Made by a program: the position numbers and the translations under genes. A stretch of DNA of 64,000 bases from Promethearchaeota archaeon. GTDB lineage: Archaea > Asgardarchaeota > Lokiarchaeia > Sigyniarchaeales > SOKP01. The DNA is taken from assembly GCA_048938855.1 (NCBI GenBank), contig JBHLLT010000013.1, positions 21,150 through 85,149 on the forward strand, given 5' to 3'. Position 1 is the first letter of the stretch; every line of letters begins with the position of its first letter. The notes beneath the pieces were generated by a model that was not told where the DNA came from, did no database searches, and saw only the letters and a list, made by a program, of their open reading frames with translations. This document shows, piece by piece, positions 9,598-18,100 of this stretch.

Positions 9598-11253
9598 ATG
9601 TTAAGAAAACGTTATCAGCTGAATTGGATGTTTGAATGTCCTGATGCGGTATTAACATGTTCAGTATTGAAATGTAAGAATAATAATTTTTTAGTTTTTG
9701 GCGGACATGATAAAACTCTTTATTTAATGGATGAAAAGATGAATATCGTCGATGATAGAACTTTTGATGGCTGGTGTAGATGCAGTTATTCAATAGATCT
9801 TGACGGAGATGGATGCGATGAAGTATTAGTAGGTGCTGGTGATGGAAATTTCATGGTTTTAAAATTAAATGTTGACAAAAAGAAACTTGTGGGTATAATG
9901 CGATATAAATCTTCAAAGAGGATTAATTGTTGTACCGCTGGAGATTTTACAAGAGATCGGAATATTGAATTAATATTTGGAAGCAATGATAAAACTCTTA
10001 AAATTTTTAATGATATAAAGGCAAAAGAGCCTAAATTTGTGTTATATTACGATTCTTGGGTTACAGCTTGCACATTGGGTTTCTTAAAACTAGCAGATTA
10101 TGAAAATCCTATAAATGGATTATTAATTGGCACTAAAAATGGTATAGTTCAATTAGTTCAATTTCAAGATAATATGCTCGATATTGTATGGCAAAAAAAT
10201 TTTCATACACAGATAAATGATATTAAGGTTGGTGACGTTACGAATGATGGATTAAACGAAATCCTCCTAAGCACTGATGATTCATTTGTAAGAATTTTAA
10301 ATAGTGAAGGAGAATCCATTAAAGAAATTAGCACTGAAGAAGGGCGTCCAATTTCACTTTTAATAGAAGATATTGACGGTGATAATGCCAAGGAAATAGT
10401 AGCCGGATGCGCAGATGGCTCGTTAAAAGTGTTCCAGAATACATCTTTAGATTCACAAGAATTTGAGTTAAAATGGAAAACTAAAGTATCTACCTCTATT
10501 AAAAATGTATGTTATCTTACAGGAGATGATAAGAATATAAAGCAAATTGTATTTGGAGGATATGACCGTACAATTAGAAATATTACGGACTTTGAATGGG
10601 GTCAGAAACAATCACTAGAAATTCCTAGGAAAATTAAAGTTGATGAAATTAAAGAGAGCATAAAAAAAGATTTAGCTAGCGAAATTGCGAAAATAAAAGA
10701 AATTCCAACAAGTATGCGAGAGTATATTTTCAATTATTTTCAAGAACATGGATATTTAAAAGATATAATGGAAGAATTATTAAACCAAGGTTATTCTGAA
10801 GATGCAATCTTAGATGAATTCGCACTTCTAAAAACACAGAAATCAGTTGTTTACGAGAAAGTTACATATCCTGTATGGAGTTTACCTAGTGAAGAAATTG
10901 AGAAGGAAATGCCAAAAGAAGTTGAAGCCGAAGTCATCGTTGAAGAACAACTAAAACCCAAAGTACAACCACTAGTCATTGAAGAGACAGTCACCCCGAA
11001 AAAGGAAAAATTACGATCAGCTTTAGATAATGAACCTAAAGCAAAAGTTAGTACTGACGGTTCATTAGGAAATATTATTATTGAGTATTTAAAAGAAAAG
11101 AAATTAGTGGCAACTAAAACTCAGGTTATTGATGACATTAAAGAAAAAGGTTTTTCAAATACTGAAATCGATAAGGAAATAAATAATCTTAAGGAACAAG
11201 GCAAGATTCAATATTCTCGAGCAAAACCAAAAGGATGGAGTTTGGCTGAGTAA
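9598..11253 (+). CDS. WD40/FG-GAP-type beta-propeller with C-terminal winged helix
   Basis: Repeats DLDGDGCDEVLVGAGDG, GDFTRDRNIELIFGSNDKTLKIF, GDVTNDGLNEILLSTDD, EDIDGDNAKEIVAGCADGSLKVF; C-terminal IIEYLKEK..EIDKEINNLKEQGKIQY..GW. Confidence 0.8.
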   Translation: MLRKRYQLNWMFECPDAVLTCSVLKCKNNNFLVFGGHDKTLYLMDEKMNIVDDRTFDGWCRCSYSIDLDGDGCDEVLVGAGDGNFMVLKLNVDKKKLVGIMRYKSSKRINCCTAGDFTRDRNIELIFGSNDKTLKIFNDIKAKEPKFVLYYDSWVTACTLGFLKLADYENPINGLLIGTKNGIVQLVQFQDNMLDIVWQKNFHTQINDIKVGDVTNDGLNEILLSTDDSFVRILNSEGESIKEISTEEGRPISLLIEDIDGDNAKEIVAGCADGSLKVFQNTSLDSQEFELKWKTKVSTSIKNVCYLTGDDKNIKQIVFGGYDRTIRNITDFEWGQKQSLEIPRKIKVDEIKESIKKDLASEIAKIKEIPTSMREYIFNYFQEHGYLKDIMEELLNQGYSEDAILDEFALLKTQKSVVYEKVTYPVWSLPSEEIEKEMPKEVEAEVIVEEQLKPKVQPLVIEETVTPKKEKLRSALDNEPKAKVSTDGSLGNIIIEYLKEKKLVATKTQVIDDIKEKGFSNTEIDKEINNLKEQGKIQYSRAKPKGWSLAE

Positions 11254-11700
11254 TTATTCTTGAGGTTTTTTTATGAAAAACTCTTCTATTGTTTCCTGAA
11301 AAGGTTCAAATTGATTTAATTCCGTGAAATCAGCTTCATTGTATCTTTGAATAAATAGTTGTAAAACGGGATCTACTTTTTCAAAAAACTTTCTAACAAG
11401 TTTATCAGATTTCTTTTTTGATTTATCAACTAATCCATATAAAATAATTGGTTCTTTCATGCAATTATCTCCTGATTGGATATAAGCAATTTTAAAGATA
11501 AACAAGATATTTCCAGATTCTAAATATTCCATAGAATTGTTCTTAAATGCAGTATCTACAAATGTATTAATTGCTGATATAAATGCTCCCCTAAGATCCT
11601 TATTAATACCAGAATCTTTTTGAACTGGCATCTTTTTGAGTATATGGTTTACAAGGACAAATCCTCGGAATACAAAGCCTATCTCGTAAAGCTCCTTCAA
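11254..11700 (-). CDS. Stand-alone longin-domain protein
   Basis: Longin-like topology: LYEIGFVFRGFVLV, DLRGAFISAINTFV, YLESGNILFIF, C-terminal LFIQRY..QFEPFQETIEEF. Confidence 0.72.
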   Translation of the reverse strand: MKELYEIGFVFRGFVLVNHILKKMPVQKDSGINKDLRGAFISAINTFVDTAFKNNSMEYLESGNILFIFKIAYIQSGDNCMKEPIILYGLVDKSKKKSDKLVRKFFEKVDPVLQLFIQRYNEADFTELNQFEPFQETIEEFFIKKPQE

Positions 11701-11957
11701 CTTAGAATCAATTGATTTATGTAATAATTAATCATTGGTAATGTTTGTTAAAAAATTAATATTTATTTTCATATTTATTTTTAGAGTAAATGATTATTTT
11801 TCGTTATAAAGGCGGGTCTGAATAATATTTTGGATTATAATCTAAATACGAATTTTTTAATTTATTGAAATTATAAGTTTTTTATACTAATATTGGTTTA
11901 TTACAATTATTCAAAAAAAAAATATTGATGATTAAGGTTAGGGAGTAATTTTCAAAA

Positions 11958-12203
11958 ATGACTAATGAGTCAGAAAGTCGGTTTTGTCCATACTGTGGTA
12001 CTAAGTTAAAACACCCATATTGGGCTCATATTCAAGCGGAACACCCAGACAAATATACACAGAAAGAAACATGGGTAAAATTATATCAAGATTATACAGG
12101 TTTAGGGATGGACCAAAAAACTTCTTTACTGGTGATATCAGAACTATTCAATGCAACTCAAGAAGAAATTAAATCTTTCTTAAAAAATGCGAAAGTTCTG
12201 TAA
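11958..12203 (+). CDS. Small C2H2-like zinc-finger protein
   Basis: CPYCG..YWAHIQAEH followed by helices; GGGAG upstream of ATG. Confidence 0.7.
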   Translation: MTNESESRFCPYCGTKLKHPYWAHIQAEHPDKYTQKETWVKLYQDYTGLGMDQKTSLLVISELFNATQEEIKSFLKNAKVL

Positions 12204-12286
12204 TATTATTTTTAATAAAACTAATTTTAAAATTAAAATAAATAAAGAAATAGTTTTAATTTAAATTATTAAATGCCAAGTTTAAG

Positions 12287-12583
12287 TTAGAATTCTTCTT
12301 CTTCCTCGTCTTCTTTTAAAAGTCCCGCCTGTTTCAAAATATCTTCTATGCTATCGCGAGCTTTTATTACTTGTTCATTCTCTTTTAAGTTAAGTCTTTC
12401 AAGCGCATCATCACTGAATTCCATTATTTTTTTAATAGCTTCAGAAGAGAAATCTTTAACTTTCTCAGAAGTTTCTTCAATGAAGTCACGTCCACTTTCA
12501 CCAAAAATATTTCCAAAGAAGTCAGTAAAGGACTTGTTTAGTTTTTCTATGAAATTTTCTTTTTCTTCTCCTTCATCACTCAT
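12287..12583 (-). CDS. Small acidic amphipathic-helical hypothetical protein
   Basis: 98-aa ORF, helical periodicity, acidic tail. Confidence 0.65.
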   Translation of the reverse strand: MSDEGEEKENFIEKLNKSFTDFFGNIFGESGRDFIEETSEKVKDFSSEAIKKIMEFSDDALERLNLKENEQVIKARDSIEDILKQAGLLKEDEEEEEF

Positions 12584-12670
12584 TTTATTTCACTACTTTT
12601 AAGTTTTTATTATAGTAATTTTTTAAAATATTAAAATTCATACTTCTTTTTGTTAAGTAAACTTCCCGTT

Positions 12671-13927
12671 TCAGATTAATTTTTTTCTTTTCCACTGTTT
12701 TAATTCGTCATTACTGTACCCTAATAATTTACAATAAATTTCTTCATTATGACATCCAAATTCTGGTCCAAAATCCTCAACAGAACCCTTTGTGTCTGAG
12801 AAGTTTATCAAGCGATTGGGTACTGTTGCTTTTTCAACACCCCATTTAGAAAAATCAAAATGATCAATTAACATTCCTCTCTCTCTAAGGTTGGGATGAT
12901 TGTGGACTTCATCTATTCTTAAAGTTTTGCCACACGGAATTCTTTCTGCTTCTAATTGTTTGATAGCATCCTCTCTAGACAAGTTCCTGCTCCAATTTTC
13001 AATGTATTCATCTAAAATCTCAATATAATCAAATCTTTTTATTATATTAGTAAATCGAGGATCTTTAACTAACTCCGGCTTTTTTAATACAACCTCACAA
13101 AGACGAATCCACTGTTTTTCAGTCAAAGTAGTCAATACAATTAATCCGTCCTTGCAATGGTATTGATTGTAGATGGGTAAGAATTTTGAAACTACATCGA
13201 TATCTTGAGCTCTTGGAATAAATTCTTTTGCTTGAGCTCTAATATTTATAGCGAACATGATATCATGCATCGAAATATCAATAAATTGTCCATTACCTGT
13301 TCTTTCACGATGATATAAAGCTTGGCTTATTCCAATTGCTGCAATATGACCTGCAGTATAATCTGCTATGGGTAATCTAGGTGGTCCTTCTTTAAAGCCT
13401 AAAGCATCAAGAATACCTGATTGGGCTTGAATAATTATATCAAATGCAGTTTTTTGAGTATATTGCTCTAATCCTTCGTTGCCATAACCTGATATTTTTG
13501 CGTATACTAATCTAGGATTAATTTCTTTCAACACTTTATATCCTAATCCCCATTTCTCCATTGTTCCTTTTACGAAATTTTCTACAAGAATATCAGTTTT
13601 TTCTACTAGTCTTTTAAAAATTGTTTTAGCTTCTTCTTTTCTTAAATCAAGGGAAATTGATTTCTTTCCTCTGTTTAATATCGAAAATAATGGAAAAATA
13701 GTTTTATCATAAAGCACAAATAAACGGAATGCTTCTCCAAAAGGGGGTGGTTATAGTATAAAATGCGAACCGCATTCATATTTCTACCTTTATTACTTCT
13801 GCCCCTTGGTCTGCAAAAAATGTACTTGCCCATGGACCCGAGATGAATTTTGTACCTTTGAAGCGAAACGCTCTTTTTCAAAGTGTGAACAATCAAGGAT
13901 CCTTAAACCATCAAATATTTTAGTCAT
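12671..13927 (-). CDS. Family III CoA-transferase (CaiB/BaiF), split by two putative BHB introns; join(13927..13885,13849..13782,13750..12671), 396 aa
   Basis: Spliced N-terminus MTKIFDGLRILDCSQFISGPWASTFFADQGAEVIKVEPPPFGEAFR joins in frame to ORF 12671..13717 (NRGKKSISLDL, DILVENF, ISGYG, catalytic PIADYTAG, GQFIDISM). Confidence 0.9.
13751..13781 (-). other. Putative mRNA BHB intron 2 (31 nt)
   Basis: ATATGAATGCGGTTCGCATTTTATACTATAA; central helix GTAG/CTAT (4 of 4), bulges AA^A and AA^C, intron helix TATG/TATA plus AATGCG/CGCATT. Confidence 0.85.
13850..13884 (-). other. Putative mRNA BHB intron 1 (35 nt)
   Basis: ACTTTGAAAAAGAGCGTTTCGCTTCAAAGGTACAA; central helix GTTC/GTAC (3 of 4 pairs), bulges AC^A and AA^A, intron helix CTTTGA/TCAAAG plus AGCG/CGCT, exon helix TGATT/ATTCA (4 of 5). 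Confidence 0.82.
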
Positions 13928-14128
13928 ATATCATCAAATTAAAAATTTTTAAAATATTTTTTTGAAAGAATCAACAATTTCCTTTATACGAAATAGACCT
14001 ATAGTTAATAACAATTCACTTTTGAAAAAATAAAACAATTTGTTGTTTCTAGTTAAATTGGATTTTCTCTGAAAATGTCAAGAAATAATTTATTATAAAA
14101 AAAAAAAAAATTTAGTTTCGAGTTCACA

Positions 14129-17100
14129 TTATGAAATTTGATTTATTATAATAGAGGCTTTAGTAATTAACAAATCTCCTTCTTCTTGAGAGATTATTTC
14201 ATTTTCGATGAAATCAAACACTTGATTAATGAATGCTTTAAGAATATTACTAGCTACATTGATTTGCATAGTCTGTATTTTTAAACTCGCTAAATCCAAT
14301 TTAATTGTTAAAGATTTTGCTTGACCTTTTCTTAAAATTCCTTCATTAAGCATTTCGGTTATATCGTCTCTCAGATTGAGAACTCTCTGTATAGGGTTAT
14401 CACCTTCACTAGTTCGTGGATATGGATCTTCATTTAAAGCAAAACCATCAATAGAATATGGAAAATCAACAATACCTATTGGATCTTCTACATCGGGGCT
14501 AACCCAATCACTCCAGTAATTATATTCAAATACATTACTAAATCCATTATCAGAAGCTTGACAACTTCCTTGATTGTTTTCAATGATATCGTTCCATTTA
14601 ATCAAGTTTTCACTAGACATGTAACCAATATAAATCCCATACTCTCCACTATTAAGAATTTTATTGTGGATAATACTATTGTGATCCGATTCATCGTTTA
14701 GTCCTATTCCCTCAGCATAACTGTTATTAATCTCATTCCAAGTTAAATTATTATAATTTGAATGCTCATAAAGAATTATTCCAGAATCACAATCAAAAAT
14801 ATGGTTTTTTGAGACATTATTGTTGTCGGAGGAATGGAGACCAATCCCTTCCAATTGATTATTGTAAATAATATTGTCTACGATCTCATTATCAACAGAT
14901 CCATCCCAAAGTACAATACCATGAAAATTGTTAATGATGACATTATTTTCAATAATTCCGTTTTTGACATTTTCTAATTTAATACCTTCCCATTCCTGTG
15001 TGATACCATTTAGTTTACACTTGGATATGATGAAATATGCTGATGTATCTTTGATATGGATTAAATTCCCGTAATCAGCAGTAATGTAATAACTTTCAAT
15101 AAGATAAGGGTCACCTTCCTCTCCACTCCCCGGGAACTCATAATCTTCAAAATCATCATCATCATCAATATATATTGGTTCTTCCAGAGAACGAACAGAT
15201 ATGGTGGGCTCACCGGTTTCTGGGTCCTCTGATTCCTCTATAATTGTAACCATCTGATCTGTTTGACCTTCTTCTAAAGGAACGTCCTCAACAGACCGTT
15301 CAAATAATATTACCCCTTCTGCACTGGAGAAATAGTTCATAGAATAAGTTGTTTCTTCCGTTGCGGTTATTTCATAACTGTAAGTTCCAAATATAGGATC
15401 TTTAGGATTGATTGCTATAAGGATCATTACACTGTCTTCTCCCTCCTCCCAGTCTTCGTTTTCTATATAGAATGCATTTAAGCCAATTTGATTTTCGTGT
15501 ACGTTAATTATTCGCCCATAAGGATCCTCAGCCTGGAAAAGTATAGGAGAACCTCCACGCCCTGTCATCCACCAATCGGCGTACGGAAGTGGTCCATAAT
15601 TCTCTGGAATTGAAGGATCTAAAAGGGGTGCATCATCTACACCTTCATGTGGTAGATCAGTGTCACCAATATAATCTCCATCTAAATCTTCTCCCCAGTA
15701 ATTACTCCAGAAGTTCCCTACATCGTTAATCGGGTCCACCCATACATTTAAACCAGCCAAAATTTGATAATAATTATTGATCAAAAGATTTCGGTAAATA
15801 TAATTTGAACTACCATTAGCAAAAATACCCCACCACGTATTTCTAGCAACAATATTATTGGTTACTTCATTCAGTGTTGAGGAAAGTATAATACCTATTT
15901 TATTATCCGATATATAATTAACTGTAATATTATTATGGTCGCCATCATAAATTGAAATTCCTGTATGAAAATTTTGAATTGTAAGATTTTTTATTGTAAC
16001 TGAGTAATGATTAATGCTCAAAACTCCACTTCCATTGCCGCTACCTATAATTTTGTGTCCATTGCCATTAATCGTGATTCCATCTGCCCCTATTATAAGC
16101 CCATTTCCTTCCTCAAAATACATATCTGAAGTTAGTGTATAATCAGTGGTGATTAGTTGATTCTCATGTTCATAATAAACAGAATAAAACCATACTTTAT
16201 CCATAGGATTAGATTGAAAGCCATTGAATTCATTATTATAAGCATCATAATTTCGTGGTACACAGAGCCATACATAGGGCATTGAATCCTCAACAAGATA
16301 TTCTTGGATCTTATCATAAATTTTTTTTCTAGCAATATGATCAATAGTATTTAGCCCTTCTGTTATTAGTTGTTCAAGATAAGCATCGTCTACTTGACCA
16401 AAGTTAGAAAATGAATCTTTACCGAATAAATAATATAAATAATCGCTTGGATCGTTGTAATCCTGACCCCATCCTAAAAATGTAATGTCTATCTTTCTCC
16501 TTTCAATAAATAATCTCCTAGAATATTCTTCCCAATCTACGTCTTCAAGGATTATTTTTATTCCAATTTTTGTTAGATTATTCTGTAATGTGACCCCTAA
16601 CTCTTCTTTTCGTATACTTCCTATATTATAGGTATAATTATATGTTAGAAACGTTGCTGCTTCCCATTGTGCTTCATTTATACCGGGAAAAGTTGGATCT
16701 AATCCAAGACCATAACCTGCAGCTTGCATTGCTTTCCTGGCTTCGGTGTAATTTAGTTCTGGAAATTTCAATGTTGAATTTGCATATAAAATCCCATCAG
16801 GAACAGGTGATTTTAACCTTGAATAGTGGCCCTCTAATAGATCATTAATTATATAATTATAGTCAATTGCATATGATATAGCTCTTCTACTATATGGATC
16901 TGATATTTTTGTATTATTCATTGTAAAGAAATAAGTTATTGTAGTATTCCCACCATCTACAAATGTAATACCTGTATCTCCTTTAAGATCTTCAATCCGA
17001 GAAGTATCAATGTCATTAATAAAATCAACATTACCATCTAATAGTGATTGCGTAGCATCTGGAGTGATAGAAAACGTTAATTCATCTATATTAGCAGGAC

Positions 17101-17836
17101 CATCCCAATAATTTTCATATTTGTGAAAACTCACTTCATTACCCACATATAAGTCATAGATAAAAGGACCTGTTCCAACTAAATCTCCTGTCATCAGATC
17201 AATATAATCTTCTCCGGGAGTTGAGTCAGGAGACATAATTCCTGATCCGCTAAAACATAAGAGAGCTTCAAATGGAGCAAAAATTCTATTTAATTTAAAT
17301 TCTATTTCATATTCGTTGAGGATGTTTGTCGAGTTGATTACAGGTTTTCCATCAGGCCATTCGTACAATGTAGAAAATATACATCTCCGAGTTTCATGAG
17401 GTAAAGTACCAGATACATTCATGAAATAAGCTAATCTTTTAAAGTTCCACCAAACAGCTGATGCATTGAATTCAGATCCATCATGAAACTTGATGCCCTG
17501 TCTAAGTGAGATTGTGTATGTTAATCCCCCCGAAGACCATATACCGAAATCTTTAGCGAGCCTAGGGATAATTTTATTTTCAGAATCAGATAAATTGTAA
17601 GCAAAAAGCGTTTCAACAACCTGATCGATAACATCAATAGAAGCACTATCCCATGCATCATGAGGATCCAAAGTTACTGGACCATTCCTTGTACCATATT
17701 TTAGTGTTATAGGTGGCTCAGAAGTCTTAAGGAATTCAAGTTCTTCTATTTTATTATCCAGTCTTGTCGGATTATAAATAAATATACCAAAAATAATGAT
17801 AAAAAGAATACAAATTGAAATTCGTTTAGTTTTCAT
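14129..17836 (-). CDS. Family 5 ABC substrate-binding protein fused to two parallel beta-helix (NosD/CASH-like) modules and a FIMAH-like C-terminal bundle
   Basis: Probable start ATG 17836 (MKTKRISICILFIIIFGIF signal/anchor); TLDP..VETL, FHDGSEFNA, GTGPF, RRAISYAID; N/I-rich beta-helix repeats, GNFWSNY and YNYWSDW. Confidence 0.85.
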   Translation of the reverse strand: MKTKRISICILFIIIFGIFIYNPTRLDNKIEELEFLKTSEPPITLKYGTRNGPVTLDPHDAWDSASIDVIDQVVETLFAYNLSDSENKIIPRLAKDFGIWSSGGLTYTISLRQGIKFHDGSEFNASAVWWNFKRLAYFMNVSGTLPHETRRCIFSTLYEWPDGKPVINSTNILNEYEIEFKLNRIFAPFEALLCFSGSGIMSPDSTPGEDYIDLMTGDLVGTGPFIYDLYVGNEVSFHKYENYWDGPANIDELTFSITPDATQSLLDGNVDFINDIDTSRIEDLKGDTGITFVDGGNTTITYFFTMNNTKISDPYSRRAISYAIDYNYIINDLLEGHYSRLKSPVPDGILYANSTLKFPELNYTEARKAMQAAGYGLGLDPTFPGINEAQWEAATFLTYNYTYNIGSIRKEELGVTLQNNLTKIGIKIILEDVDWEEYSRRLFIERRKIDITFLGWGQDYNDPSDYLYYLFGKDSFSNFGQVDDAYLEQLITEGLNTIDHIARKKIYDKIQEYLVEDSMPYVWLCVPRNYDAYNNEFNGFQSNPMDKVWFYSVYYEHENQLITTDYTLTSDMYFEEGNGLIIGADGITINGNGHKIIGSGNGSGVLSINHYSVTIKNLTIQNFHTGISIYDGDHNNITVNYISDNKIGIILSSTLNEVTNNIVARNTWWGIFANGSSNYIYRNLLINNYYQILAGLNVWVDPINDVGNFWSNYWGEDLDGDYIGDTDLPHEGVDDAPLLDPSIPENYGPLPYADWWMTGRGGSPILFQAEDPYGRIINVHENQIGLNAFYIENEDWEEGEDSVMILIAINPKDPIFGTYSYEITATEETTYSMNYFSSAEGVILFERSVEDVPLEEGQTDQMVTIIEESEDPETGEPTISVRSLEEPIYIDDDDDFEDYEFPGSGEEGDPYLIESYYITADYGNLIHIKDTSAYFIISKCKLNGITQEWEGIKLENVKNGIIENNVIINNFHGIVLWDGSVDNEIVDNIIYNNQLEGIGLHSSDNNNVSKNHIFDCDSGIILYEHSNYNNLTWNEINNSYAEGIGLNDESDHNSIIHNKILNSGEYGIYIGYMSSENLIKWNDIIENNQGSCQASDNGFSNVFEYNYWSDWVSPDVEDPIGIVDFPYSIDGFALNEDPYPRTSEGDNPIQRVLNLRDDITEMLNEGILRKGQAKSLTIKLDLASLKIQTMQINVASNILKAFINQVFDFIENEIISQEEGDLLITKASIIINQIS

Positions 17837-18100
17837 TTGTCTAAACCCAATTTTCTTTTCTAATTTATTAGGATTTCCACCCAAAACTAAGGTTTTTGGA
17901 ACTAATTAATTAATTTTGGATTACCGAATGATTATGATATTTGGAATGTTAATAAAGTTATTGTTTTTTTTGACAAATCTGTTAAGTCAAAACTAAATTT
18001 CAAACAAAGTTCAATACCTGAATTTTGTTTTCTAAAAAAAATATTATAAGAAAATTATTCTTCTTTTTATTCAACATTAAATTATCTAGAATTTAATCCA

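Noticed and set aside
13675-13896. 73-aa ORF in the track, and the reading of the CoA-transferase as a simple frameshifted pseudogene
   Set aside because: The ORF is an off-frame by-product. The disruptions are structured 31/35-nt inserts whose BHB-rule removal restores conserved motifs, not 1-2 nt indels.
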